Below, piece after piece: positions 25,801 through 38,408 of a DNA stretch of 64,000 nucleotides (its first letter is position 1; every line of letters begins with the position of its first letter). The stretch covers positions 21,142,001 through 21,206,000 of the forward strand of contig JBHGNT010000006.1 of NCBI GenBank assembly GCA_043228905.1, given 5' to 3'. The notes beneath the pieces were generated by a model. It had not been told where the DNA came from, made no database searches, and saw nothing but the letters and a program-made list of their open reading frames with translations. A program made the translations under genes and the position numbers. The stretch comes from Azolla caroliniana. Taxonomy: Eukaryota > Plantae > Polypodiophyta.

Positions 25801-26990
25801 CGATTGATGATGAATCCAATGATATGGATACTCACCTAGCGATGTAGTTAGAGTGTTTAAAAAAACTTTTAATGTATTTACTTTTGATCAAGATCTTTTA
25901 ATCAATTCTATTTCCTAATATGATCCAATTTACTTGTTTATATGGTGTTATATTATGTTTTAAGTAATGTGTTGCTATGTTTATATCTTGTGGCACATAT
26001 TTATTAAATTTGTTGGACTATCATCTAAGTATATAGTTAAGATCAAAGAAAATGTATGTTCATTCTTCATATTTACCCATCAATTGTGTTTATAAAACTT
26101 AGTTCCATGTTTGCTATTGCCAATCACTTTTTGAATTTATTATACTTATAGAATAACTACGATAAATAACATTTACTGGGATTGAAGGAGGCATTGTAGA
26201 TATTGGGGAGTATTTGCTTTATAAGAGGGGATTGTACAACAATAATCATGTTTCTATGGTTGATGGTTGTCTGGACTGGATGTATGGAGGCTAGATTATT
26301 ATTACTCCATTTGTATATATGTGTTTAAACTCTTGATTTAGTGTTTATGTGTAGACAATCAAATGAAAATTGTAATGCATGCTTTAACATTAATACCGGA
26401 GAGTTATCTATATTATGGCACCCAAAAATTTAGCACTGCCTATACCTTAATAATAGTCATATATGTTTTGGGTATTTTCTTGTATGTCTAATGTAATGTA
26501 AACCAGTGGTTATGAGTACGCTTTCTACTTCTAATTTTCATGTGTTGTCATGAACATATACATTTGGTATTATATCCTAATGATCTTTACTAACTATTAG
26601 TCATTATGTATTGTATTCAATAATATGTAAATATCAATTTCTCAAATAGCATATACACCTCTCTTGGAAAGTTTAACCACTGTAAACCTATGCTATTCAC
26701 ATCTCGCGAAAATGGAATTCTTGTTTGTTAATGCTTTAGTCAAATAATTAATTTGTATAAAATGAATGCGCGGTAAAAACCAACCCTAAATTTGTAAACA
26801 TTGCAAGAATAAATCTAGTACATTTATATTTTCTCCAATAAATAGCATGTTCTCTTGGTATAGAGATGTATCCGATTAATAAATCAATAAATTCACCCTC
26901 TATGGTTTATCATGTGATACTGGTGCATGTCATATTTCACAACAAGCTAAAATTGTGTGACTATAAAGGGAATCTAATAGTGGAATGCAT

Positions 26991-27020
26991 GATCCTTCCA
27001 CTTTTGAACGCGAACGTGTT
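26991..27020 (-). repeat. Right terminal inverted repeat
   Basis: Reverse complement of 16976-17005 with 3 mismatches. Confidence 0.92.
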
Positions 27021-28505
27021 TTATGCCCAATGGAGTTTATTTTGAACTCCATAGCTAGATGCCAGGTGGCTGAATCAGCACATGTCTCTTTAAGTCGATA
27101 GACCCACTAGCATGGAAGAGCACGTCGATTTTTCGGCAGTTCAACTATGTCCCATGCCTTATTATGCCCAATGGAGTTTATTTCGGACTCCATAGCTAGA
27201 TACCATGTGGCTAAATCAGTACATGTCGATGCTTCTTTGTATGACGTCGGCTCACAACATCTTTGAAGAATAGTCCAAGAGAGTAAATCTCCGGTGGTTG
27301 AGATAGTCAACCATATCGTCTTGGGAAGTCTAGGCTTGTGGGATCATCGCTGATGATGATCTTTTCAGTAGCCAATCCACTATGTGGATTGCTACTTAGG
27401 CCGCTCTTGGAGTTGGCTTGCATTGATGTGCCAACCATGGCCATACTTTGTCCCATAGAGGTTGCTTGTAGTGTTGCCGCTCTTGTGCATTTTGGTGAGC
27501 TGTTAGGAGAAGTCAAAGCGTCTGAAAATGTGACTCTTCTTACTTCAATCAGCCTTTCGGTCGGCTTGTGCATCTCTGACTCATTGAAGACAATATCCGA
27601 ACTTCGGACAACTTGTCAATTTTCCGGATCCCCGAGTCGGTAGCTGAATTCGCCATCTAATCCATAACCAAGGAAAATATATTTCTAGGATTGCGGCTCA
27701 AGTTGTCGGTGATCTTCGTTTGGCACAAGGGTGAATGCTTCGCACCTGAAAATCGGCAACTTATCATAATTAGGCCTCTAGCCGGTCCAAAGAAGTCCAA
27801 GAGGCCTACTTGGAGACATATTGGTTATGTGCATGGCAGTGAGTAGTGCCTTTGCCAAAAACCCATTCTTTCAACAATGTCGTTTTGCTCTAGACTATAG
27901 GGGGTCGCAAGCTCTCGTCTAATGCCACGCTGTCGGAAAAAATTGATGAAGTCATTCGATTTCAATTCTCCACCATTGTTTGATCACAAGCATTTCAACT
28001 TCTAGCCGGATTGGTTTTAAACCATTGTGAGCCATTCTAAAAAGATCGAGAACGCACTATCTTTTGTCCTTGCTGGATATCCCCATACCTTCTTTCGTTG
28101 TGTCATCGATGTACGACGTGTCATTGACAGACTGATGTGGCATTGGGCCACAACAGTACGAATGGACTAGGTCTAATGGACTCAACTCTCTCGGCTCTCT
28201 TGTCCAATGGGAGTTGGCAGTATGTTTGTTGTATTGGTGGCGCTCACAAAACTGATGGTCAGAGAACCCGAGCTTGGGGATGTAGCTGGTTCTAGATAGG
28301 TGCTTGATACCGGCTTTGCTTAGGTGGCCGAGTCGGCCGTGCCATAACGACGACACATGAATCTCTACCAAAAATAGGTCACCTCCTCTAAGAGTGACAT
28401 ACAACGGGTACATTGAATGTACCTTTGCTCCTTGAGCAAATAGAAGTTTCCCCTTGTGGAGTGTCCACTTTGTCGAATATGGGTACATAATGGACGTATT
28501 CACAT

Positions 28506-29012
28506 TGTCCCATTGGATAGACTAGGTAGGCCTAGGCCATATTTGTAAATATGTCAAAGGGTAGTTGCCCTCGCCCAGTTAGTATATAACTGGCTTTGTA
28601 ACCTAGTTCATAACGGGGTGGTTGTTGCCATATTGTAACTTTGGAGAATAATACAACTACTTTTCTTTGTGCCTCTGTGTGTTTGTTTCTCTCTCTCACT
28701 CCACCTTTGATCTTGAATCTGGTGAAGTTATCTTTGTTATATAATCTTCTTCTTCTTCACTTCATGAGTGTTGATCTTGTTCCACATCTGACAGTCGTGT
28801 TTCCAACATTTGGTATTAGAGCTTGAGTTTTTGATTCTGCAGTTGTTCATTTTCTTGTCTTCATTAACACTTCTTTTCTGGTATCCCCTAAAGAATTTTC
28901 GATTGACATCATTTGGTAAAATAGATTCTAAGATTTTAGTTGGAGTGAAATGTTTTGGCCGGTAACTCACCACAAGATCATATTTCTAGAGAAGAAACAC
29001 TTGAAAACCCGT
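28506..29012 (+). mobile_element. 5' LTR, PBS and leader of a truncated LTR element
   Basis: TGTCCC...CCAACA 28506-28808; PBS tggtattagagc 28811-28822. Confidence 0.7.
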
Positions 29013-29500
29013 TGTCGTGAAGATTTTCGGCAACGGCACGAAATTGCATGGAATAGACAAATCAGGAATGTGCAAAGTTTGCACATGCACATCGGGAAAA
29101 TGTAAATATAAATGAAAAGAATAAAGTAAGAGAAAAGGGAAAATGTAAGGTGCTAAATTGCACCAAAAGGTTTGTGGATTGTAAGTATGATGTGCACTTA
29201 GGTGCACATGCACATGTAGTGAAAGGGGAGTGCATGAAAGTGAGGGAGTATTAAGTAGTGGGTATGGTGTGTGTGAAAATATTCCTCTCTGAAAATAGAG
29301 GAATATTTTGGCCTCCCTTTTGTAATAAGCTGCCCTTTGACTATGGTGAGGCGGCTCCTATTAGACTTCTTCTCTTCCACTAGTTTTGGGATTTTTTTTA
29401 AAGTTTCTCTTTCTTTTAGGGTTTCGTTCCTTCTTTTTAGGTTTAGGGTTTAGGTCTCTGTTAGGTTTTTTGTTCTTAAGGTCTCTTGAGCTCGAACGTT
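29013..29500 (+). mobile_element. Truncated LTR related to element C
   Basis: Starts tgtcgtgaagattttcggc like the C LTR (tgtcgtgaagatttccggc); also has tagggttt motifs. Confidence 0.6.
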
Positions 29501-30000
29501 CATACAGTTCCTATTCCGCCACCGCAGTGTGAGGCCTCCACTTGCAGTTGGGAGCTCGAGAGCTCCATAATCGGAGGCTCGCTCGCAGATGTCCATTGTA
29601 TCCTGTCTTGTTGATGGCTGGTTGCACATTGTGGTTGTGAAAGGAATTCATGCAAGAATTGGGCTCGGTCGAAGAGATGTGGAAAGCGTGGTCGAATATG
29701 ATCAAAGGTAGAGCATTGTATCAAAGTGTGATACTCAGACTCGCGAACTTGTTTAGAACAAAGTGTGCATAGCCGACCACTCTCATCACTTGTCCCCCAA
29801 CGCCCTGTCTCTCATTGCAATGCATGTGAGCTAAGTTGCATGGAAGCAATGGTTCGAATGGCAGATAATGGTATGGGCTCTAACATGTATCGATGTGTAT
29901 GGTTTCCCCGTTCCACAAAGAATATAGTTTTGTACTTAGGTGCAACATATGTAGTATAATGTGTGAAGCATGAGTCTCCACATTTGTCCCATGTCATGAG
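29500..30000 (-). mobile_element. 5'-truncated RTE-type LINE fragment
   Basis: ~29625-29997 closely matches the 3' part of the LINE ORF at ~61715-62080 (TWDKCG..HYTT..LSSHAL..IQCS.FDHIR). Confidence 0.85.
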
Positions 30001-30031
30001 AGAGACGGAGATATATATATATATATATATA

Positions 30032-33000
30032 CAGAAAGCTCTTATGTTGTAACCGCCCGTTGGCGAAGGTAGAGCTTGAGGTCGTTGCCTTTGAGTCTCA
30101 CATTGTTGTACCTCTTCTCTATAGTGATCCTATTCGGAGTTCTGAGTCTCGACCCCTTGAGTGTAAGTGCATTAATCTTTATTTATGTTCTTCCACTGTG
30201 ATTGAGACTCGGTTGTGGCCGAGCACTATTTACTACATGGCGGATCATATTAATGCCTTCCAAGGACTAATGAATCAAACCACTTGTCTAGAAATACCTC
30301 TAGCCGATGAGGTATTAGCATTTTTGTTTTTGGGATCTCTTTCAGACATCTGGGAGACGCTCGTTGTCACATTGGGCAACGTTGAACCAGAAGGGAAGCA
30401 TCTATCCCTACAATAGTTGAAGTTGAGCTTACTAAACGATGAAGCTCACAAGAAGGACAAGGAGTCTATTTCCGACCCAAAGGCCTTAGTCACGGAAAGT
30501 GACATGAATCCAGGAAGAGGCCGAAATAGAAGTCCCTAGAATCAAAATAAGTAGGGGACAATTTCGAAGTCGAGGGGAGGCCCACATGCTTCTATTGTAG
30601 GAAGGTGGGGCACTTCCAGAAAAATTACCGACATTTCCAAAAAGAGAAAGGGGGAGCCGACGGTGTTCTGTTGAAGAAGATACCAGATAGCAAGAACGCC
30701 TTGGCGATCGCAACAAGTGAGGAGCAGTTGTTCCTCATCAGTGAGCAAAACGAAGTGCACCTTGTCAACGATGAATCGACATGGGTGGTCAATTCGGGTG
30801 TGTCATTCCACCTAACCCTTGACTGGAAATGCTTTTCATCATGTTTATCTTGGGTTGTACATAGCCACAAACACGGGGTGTCCTCCCTTCGGAACCGCTC
30901 CTCGCTTTGCCTGTTGATTTAATAAATTATACTCACATCGATCCGTGGCGTGTGACCGGAAGTGACACATCATACATTGGGTTTGCATTGTACATTCCAT
31001 AGTGGAATGAACGGGGTTGAGACACGTCGTGCACTATACTATCTGCCGGAATCGCAAGTCTTCATCTCTTGGCAGTGCATGTTGTAAGGCCTCCATCGCC
31101 ATGTAGTTTCCTTTTTGGGCCTGATACAAATCCAACACCCAGTCAATGACTTCATTGATGGTGATCGTATGGAAATCTAGCACTACTAGCATTGTCCGGA
31201 ATGGCTCCCAAAGTGCAGTAAAAAAGACTGCCTTCACTTCATCCTCCGGGGGTACCCTTGTGAGTTCGTTGTGCAATGTCGGAAACCGGATTATAAATTG
31301 CGGTCCGCGATTTCGATGGCTTCGTGGTATGTTGTGTAGAAGTGTGCGACGAGCTCCCTCTACTCCACCTATCATTGAGATAGTCTCAGAAACGTTTCTC
31401 ATCGGGCTTGAAATGTGGCAAAGCTTCCCAAAAGGTGCTTCGCATGCCACCTTGCCGTCGGTCCTTCTAGTGACATGCCGAATTCCTTGATTTTCAATCG
31501 CTCAGTTTCCGCTTCTGTTAATCGCTGCGAAACATGGTTGGCCTCCCATGTTTGCAAAAAAGAATATATGTGCGCTTCTGCATCTGTTTCATCCCTATAT
31601 TTGGGATATGGGTATGGCATGTTGTCATCGTCTGTAGCGTGATCCGGTTCTGGCAAGGGTTCGTGTATTAGTGGTGTTAATGGGCGGTCATTTTCCTCCT
31701 CCGGTTGTCATTCCGATGGTGTCGGCACATGGTTGTCTTCCATTTCCGGTTGTTGTTCCGGATTCCCCTCTTGTGCTGGCGGTGTTAGTATCCTACTTTC
31801 CAATTCTGGTGTTGGTGTGTGTTCAGATCAGTCTTCCTCCGGCTCTTCTGGAGTGTGGTGACTGGATCGATAATTAGCATGGACGCTTTGTTCGTTGTTT
31901 GACTCTGACTTGAATGCTAAGAATGTTTTTGAGTCTCAGACGCTTGTTGCTAGCATCTGAAATAGCGACTCGGCTTCGTGCAGACTGGTACGGTTTCTCC
32001 CTTCATCTGATTGTCGTTGGTTTTGTAACCAGATTGTTTCCTCCGCGATGATCTCTTCATCTATCTACTGGTATTCTTCCCGCCTCTGTAGTCGTTCGTC
32101 TAATCTTCTCACTCACTTGGCCACTAGGTCATTTGTATGCCTAGACATCCATTCCGCGTTGTTCATTGCTCTATGCTAGAATCGTGGTCGCCAAAACTAT
32201 GTTTATTCTAGGTTGGACTTAGCCACAAACATAGGGTATCTGTTCTGGAAGACTTCTCCAAAAGGGTGGTTAGGATATGGATGTTATACGGTGCTTCTCC
32301 AATTCCGATCCGACTACTTCTGTATGCCTTTCGAATTACTTAATAGGAAACCGATTACTTATAACATGTGTAAGATTAATAAGCACAGAACTACAAATAC
32401 ACAAGGATCAATAGAATTAAGAACGAACCACATTAATCTCTTATTAATTCCATTAACTTTTACATCGATTCCGGACCCTTTTATATGCGTCTGGTATAGC
32501 TTACAAAATGGTGTCTTACCGGCTACCGGCTATCAATCGATCGGATCGGTACAACTATCCGGATCCGTCCGTTCCTATAATACTAATAATAATGATGACA
32601 CTCGGCCTTGCCAACTCGTCCCCATTCACATTACTCCTCCAGAACATACTCTTTAGCCAACACATCTTATAGAGCCGGAGATCTTGAATCTGTAAAGATG
32701 GGAAATGAAGGTGCATGCCGAATTGTCGGCATAAGAGATGTGTGTTTGGTAACCTCAACCGGGTACAGGCTTGTGTTGAGAGATTTTCGACATGTTCCCA
32801 AGGTTAGATTGAATCTGATATTAGCCGATCGGGTGGATGATGAAGGCTACATAGGTAGCATCGGAACGATGTCATGTAGTTTTGCAATGGAAGCCTGATT
32901 GTGGGTCGAGCCCGAAAAATCAACACACTATACTTGATGCATGGTCTTATGCCTGGAGGAAGTAAATGTGGTAGGCGACACAGTCAATGAGCTGTGGCAC

Positions 33001-35852
33001 AAGAGGCTATGCCACATGAGCCAAAAGGGGTCATGAAGACTTGCCAATGATAACGTTATTCCGGAGGTGAAGAATGTGCAACTTGAGAAGTGCACAGATT
33101 GCTTGGCCAACAATCAGAATCGAACCTCCTTTCAAACAAGGCCCCTGATGAGGAAGAAGACACCGCTAGAACTCCTGCATACAAACGTATGCTACGTGAA
33201 CTAGAAGCCACATGTTGGTTCACAATATTTTGTGACCTTCGTCGATAACTATAGTCGGAAGTTGTGGGCTTCCATATTGAAGATGAAGGACTAGGTGTTA
33301 TCTGTCTTTAAGGAGTTCCAAGCGAGACCTGAGAGGGATACCAGTCAAAAACTAAAAGTAGTTTGAGCAGACAATGGCGGTGAATACGGCGGGCAATTCG
33401 AAGAGTACTACCGAACTCAAAGTATTTGGCTCGAGTACACAGTACCAAAAACACCAAAGCTCAATAGGTTGGCCAAGAGGATGAATCGGACCATAATGGA
33501 GAGGGTCTGAGGTATGCTAGCACATGCAAAGTTGTCCAAGATGTTCTGGACTAAGGTGCTCATGACAACAGTGTACATGACAAATATATCACCCTCAGCA
33601 CCCTTGGATGGAGATGTTCCACATAGAGTGTGGATTGGCAAAGATGTGTCGTACTGATACTTGAGGGTGTTTAGTTGTCTTGCCTACGTGCATGTGCCTA
33701 AGGACCAAAGGTTAAAATTAGATCCGAAAACTCAGCCATGTATATTTCTTATCTACGGCGACGACAAATTCGGCTATCAACTATGGGACCTAATCGACAA
33801 GAAGGTAATTAGGAGCCAAGACATCATCTTCATGGAAGAAAAGACGATTGCCGATTGGGAGATGGAGAATAAATCTCCAGTTATCGATTCGAGCCAAGTA
33901 GATGTCTGGCTGAATCGAACACAACTCGATTCGATCGAAGTCGAATCCGAACCAGTCGTCCAATTAAATACTCGACAAAATCGTGAACCGATTGAGGAAC
34001 AAGGGGAACCGGCCGAACAAGGAGCCGAATCCGATTTGGCTGAAGAAGTTGAAGACGAACCAACTATGTTGAATGGAGGTAGAAGATATTCCCTAAGAGA
34101 GAGAAGGGGCCCCCAAGAGATTCCCAAATAAAGAATACGTATTGTGAACCGATGAGGGGGAGGCGGACAGCTTCAAGGAAGCTAAGAGATACCCAAAACC
34201 AAAAGTGGTTAATTGTTATGCAAGAGGAGATGGATTCCTTGCATGATAACCACACATATGAACTGACCGAGCTGCCGAAAGGAAGGAAGGCACTTTGGAA
34301 CAAGTGGGTATACAAGTTGAAACAAGGAGATGGCGAAAATCCACCTAGATATAAAGCTTGAATCGTGGTGAAAGGTTTTCAGTAGAAAACGGGTGTCGAT
34401 TTCGACGAAATATTTGCCCCGGTCATGAAGATGGTGTCGATTCGAACAGTGCTGAGCATAACAGCCAACATGAACCTCGAAGTTGAGCAGCTAGGCATCA
34501 TGACTACCTTCTTGCATGGAGATTTGGAGGAAGAGATTTATATGCAGCAACCGGAAGGATTCATGGAGAAAGGTAAAGAAAACCTGGTATCCCGAAATCG
34601 AAAGTGGAGAAAGTTGAAATGATGAAGGTCCCTTATGCCTCAACAGTCGGAAGCTTGATGTACGCGATGGTATCTACCATGTTGGACATTGGATACACTG
34701 TCGGAGTAGTAATTCGATACATTATGAGCAATCCTGGAAGAGAGCATTGGGTAGCGGTCAAATGGCTACTTCAATACCTAAGAGGCACCTCAGACGTGTG
34801 CCTCCAATTCGGCTTGGGTAACCCCACATTGGAAGGTTATACTGATTCAGACATGTTGGCTAATGTCAATACCAGTCGATCCACGCCCGGATACGTAATG
34901 ACTTATGCAAGAGCAGTCATCTTGTGGTAGTCGAGGCTGCAAAAGGTTGTGGCGTTGTCAACCACGGAAGTCGAGTACATGGCTACTGGAGAAGCCGGCA
35001 AGGAAATCATATGGATGAAAGAGTTTATCAGGGAGTTGGGAATTCAACAAGAAGAATTCTGACTTCACTAAGATAACCAAAGTGCCATCCACCTTGCAAA
35101 GAATGCCGCCTACCACTTGAGGACCAAGCACATCCAAAGGAGATACCATTGTCTTTGAGAGCGAGTAGAAGAGAAGGAGTTTGCTCTAGTGAAGGTGCAT
35201 ACAATGGAGAACGGGTCGGACATTCCAACGAAGGTGTTGTCGGTCGAAAAGCTAAATGTGTGCCGACAAAGGGTAAGATTTATGAAGTACCCCATGCCAG
35301 AGTGAAGGAGGAGTTTGTTGGAAAAATAGGTCAATCCGGATGGAAAGATTACAAGCTGAATCAGATCAATGACCGAAAATCGACAAATAGCCAATTCGGG
35401 AGGCTATATTTGTAAATAGTCTGAATGTGACCATTGGGACTATATGTATAAATAGCCCATATTATATATTAGTATAAATATACTTAGGGCAAGTAGTTAG
35501 AATGTGTATATGATCATCATTGGGTTAAGTTGTAGTTGGTTGTTGCCACTGTAACTAGAGAGAAAGAGAGAGTGTGTGAGTGGGTGTAACTCTGTACCTG
35601 TTAGTCGACGAAGAAGAGGTCAAGGTCATTGCCTTGAATCCTCTTGTTGTACTCCTCCCCTTATAATGATTCGGTTTGAAGTTTGTGGACTCCATGTGGT
35701 TTTTCCCATTCGGGTTTTCCACATTAAATATCTTGTGTCTCTATATCTTTTGATTTCTGCTCTTTGTTTTCTGTTTGTGCATTATCTTGCTCATTTCTTT
35801 GCATCCGAATACATATACTAGAAACCATTTGTTGTCGGTAATGATCCTAACA
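30032..35852 (+). mobile_element. Copia element E, same lineage as A, with deletions
   Basis: gag MADHINAFQGL ~30237; PR WVVNSGVS; IN 33150-33860; RT/RH 34150-35290; PPT then 3' LTR 35316-35852; 5' LTR only partial. Confidence 0.85.
30842..32662 (-). mobile_element. Internally deleted Gypsy-type element F (gag + LTR)
   Basis: LTR ~32200-32662 with a short homologous end at 30842; PBS-like tggcgaccacg ~32183-32193; gag-like PYPKY..DAEAH..WEAN..SLEGPTARW; TSD CATCA/CATCT restores Copia CFSSYRAG. Confidence 0.7.
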
Positions 35853-36560
35853 CTTTCAAATATCCTCAAATAGAAAAATGGTGAAAGATTTCGCAGAGTT
35901 GACCCTTATACTGTTGTGGCAAATTGTAATTTTTCACAACATGGGTCAATCTTTATTAGTAACAACGGCATTGAAGTCGCGTTGTAATGCTGCCGAACAT
36001 ATGCATTGGTCACTTATAGTATTAAGATTGTTTACAATGTAACAATGGTAACATTGAACATGTGAATTTGATAGGATCAAAACGAATATTACACGTAGTC
36101 TGGGCGAACAGATGGTTAGTGTAGTTGAGTAGATTTGTGTTGGTTACTACAACTCAATCACAAAGAAGAAAGTGTGTGCACATGTGAATGAAAAGAACGT
36201 TGTCAATTATATCATGTGCAAAGATTGATCAACCGCCCGATCAAGCTGTTCTCCAACCCAAAAGACTGGGTGCTAGATTTGTTCTCAAAAACTTTATTGA
36301 CATGTTTGGATTATAGTATATGGACGTTATTGTGGTTTGTGTTAAAGGCTAGGCAATTTAATTTGACTTGCTTTATGATTTCAGGTACTACGACGACATG
36401 TGCGCTAAAGATGTTCAAGAACTTTGTAGTGTTAGAGAAGGCTCTGAACAAGTCAACTTCATCAAAGTGCGGATCCGGGGTATCTGAGATTGTCCAGATC
36501 AAGACCAAGAAGTTGGAGCTAAGTATATAAACAAAACTGAAAGATTCCAACTAGCATCCC
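35853..36560 (+). pseudogene. Second, diverged fragment of the transposon methyltransferase gene (3' exons)
   Basis: EKMVKDFAELT..LWQIVIFHNMGQ; W/IKTN; LFSNPKDWVLDLFS; GTTTCALKMFKNFVVLEK..QVNFIKVRI; acceptors at 36074 and 36384 split the same codons as in copy 1. Confidence 0.8.
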
Positions 36561-36804
36561 AAGAACCAATGGAGCCAATTGATGAAGAAGTAGGGGATCT
36601 TGTTGACTTGGAAGACGTATGAAAGTCTGAACAAATCTTAAATTTGACTGCGTGTATCGAGGATGCCTATGAGCACGATCTACAACAACCAACTGGTCCA
36701 GAAGAGCCCTTCGTTCCAGACTTGTTGATAGATTGATTGCATATGGCTTAATGTACTTGAACATTGTAAAGAATCGGATATCAATATGTGGAGCAGAAGA
36801 AATA

Positions 36805-36849
<45 letters not shown>
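36805..36849. repeat. (GT)n(GA)n microsatellite, probably within the LTR of Copia G
   Basis: Direct reading. Confidence 0.9.
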
Positions 36850-36850
<1 letters not shown>

Positions 36851-37734
36851 GTGTTTATGTAGTCATCTTCTCTCAATATTCTCTTTCTACAACCACCACT
36901 TACAAAAGAGAGGTGGAGACTTAACTACACTAAATATGTGTCATAGAACCTTAAAGTTCTATGACACACTAGTTACTATACTAGGAGGTGGGGTGTTCAC
37001 ACACTTGAGTATACTAAGGTATGTTCCCACACTAGGGAAGTTGAGTTTGATTCTCAACACACCCCATCAAACGCAACTTCTGGTCTTCGAATAGTTGGTT
37101 TGGACTGGTCTCCGAGTCGGCTTTGAGTCGGCTTTGACTTCGGCTATGGATAGCCGGCTCACTCGGTCTAGTCTTCGATCGATGTCGACGTCGTGTCAGT
37201 CGTTTCCTTACTCCCCCTCAAGCTCAGCTGGTTGGTTGTCCAGAGACCGAGGTTCGTAGTGAACTGTTGTAACTTGTCGGCTCCTAGGGCCTTTGTGAAG
37301 ATGTGTTGCGACTGCAAGTTCGTGTTGATGTGTTGCAGGTCTATATCTTCGGCCAAGACACGTTCTCCGATGAAGTGGTAGTGCATCTCAATGTGCTTGG
37401 GTTGAGCATACAATACTGGGTTGCATGCGAGGTGGATACTGCTCATGTTGTCGCAGTAGAGGAGAATCAGATCCTTGATGGGAACGCCCAGATCCTTCAA
37501 GATTCGCTTTAGCCAAATAGCTTCGCATGTCGCCACGGTTGCGCCCCTAGACAGTGCGACTAACAATCGCTTCTTACTGATCCATGATATGGTGTCATTG
37601 TCGAGGGAGAAGACGAATCCCAATGTTGATCGGCTGTCGGCTTTGTAGCCGGCCCAATCGACATCAGTGTACCCATTGAGTCAAATTGGTGTGGCTGATC
37701 TGTAGAGGATGTCGTAATCCATGGTCCCACTCAC

Positions 37735-38408
37735 TGATGAAATTCGATCTTTAAGATTCGTGAAGAAGACCGATTGTGAAATACACAATAACGCAGAAAC
37801 AAGAAAAAATAACAAACATACAGAATGCATAGTTTTATGTGGAAACCCTAAACGGGGAAAACCACGGGAATAGATATCCACTATACAATGGAGAATACAA
37901 AGGAGACAGTATACAACACTCTCTCTACACAAAGTGTATCAGCCACGCATGGCTCTTGGCGTCTAAGTTCACACAGGTATGGTGCCACTCTCTATCACGC
38001 ACTCTCTCTTCTCTCTCTCTCTCTGGTATTATACTTATACACCTTATGGGCTATTTACAAATGTAGTCCCTACTACTCTCACTTCTATTATTATACTAAT
38101 AATAATAGCAATTAATCATCCGACTGGTCGACTAGTCAATTCGATAAGCCGACTCCTGTGTGGATTGTCCAGTCGGCCGGACTAGTTGTCCTTTTCATCG
38201 ACCATTTGGTCGGCCCGACTAGTCAGTCATGTCTTCCACTTGGATCGCTTACTATGATGTTGACTCTCTCTCAATCGACTCGCCCAGTCGACTCTCCATG
38301 ACATTGTCTGTTGACACTTGGCCCAACCAGTCGGCTCCTCCTTGTCTTCGATTGTCGAATCTCAGTCCGACCGGTCGGCTCCTCCCATAGGAGGGACATA
38401 TTCCAAAC
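37735..38408 (-). mobile_element. Solo LTR inside Copia G
   Basis: Interrupts (L)RYVSGTMDY; contains the gtggaaacccta..ggaaaaccacggga motif shared with the Copia A LTR; right boundary degenerate. Confidence 0.7.

Larger units (their letters stand above)
20739..25847 (+). pseudogene. Six-exon ParB-like domain + beta-class DNA N6-adenine/N4-cytosine methyltransferase gene (~976 aa reconstructed)
   Basis: Exons 20739-20773, 21796-24252 (minus solo LTR and one TSD copy, 22037-22852), 24330-24468, 24553-25019, 25106-25398, 25492-25847; all introns GT-AG; total 2931 nt in frame. Motifs: VIGGSHSAEARRQL; YCGDVADMIQKLP..VADIPYG; WIKTN; NPYQKP..L; DLFSGTGTT..ALEKD. Four in-frame stops. Exon 1 is the least certain. 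Confidence 0.85.
16976..27020. mobile_element. 10-kb TIR DNA transposon (Sola/DUF7869-like) carrying a ParB-methyltransferase cargo gene
   Basis: TIRs: left aacacgtttgcgttcaaaagtgtaagaatc, right (rc) aacacgttcgcgttcaaaagtggaaggatc, 27/30 identical; TSD TTAT at 16972-16975 and 27021-27024; uninterrupted paralogous site ccttattatgccc at ~27157-27169. Confidence 0.93.
16393..28505 (-). mobile_element. Copia element D remnant (GAG-pre-IN, IN, RT), split by the TIR transposon
   Basis: RT QLDVKKAFLHGDL at 16399-16773; RT start EPTSYKEA..WDIVELP at 27107-27310; LWHGRLGH at 28057-28503; ~140-bp local duplication at ~27085-27227. Confidence 0.8.

Noticed and set aside
20739-25847. Bacterial contamination or a restriction-modification operon
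   Set aside because: The gene has spliceosomal introns, contains a plant-type solo LTR, sits between TIRs with a TSD inside a Copia element, and has no recognisable endonuclease partner
26160-26293. Third gene inside the TIR element
   Set aside because: Only a ~40-codon open stretch, with no start, splice support or motif
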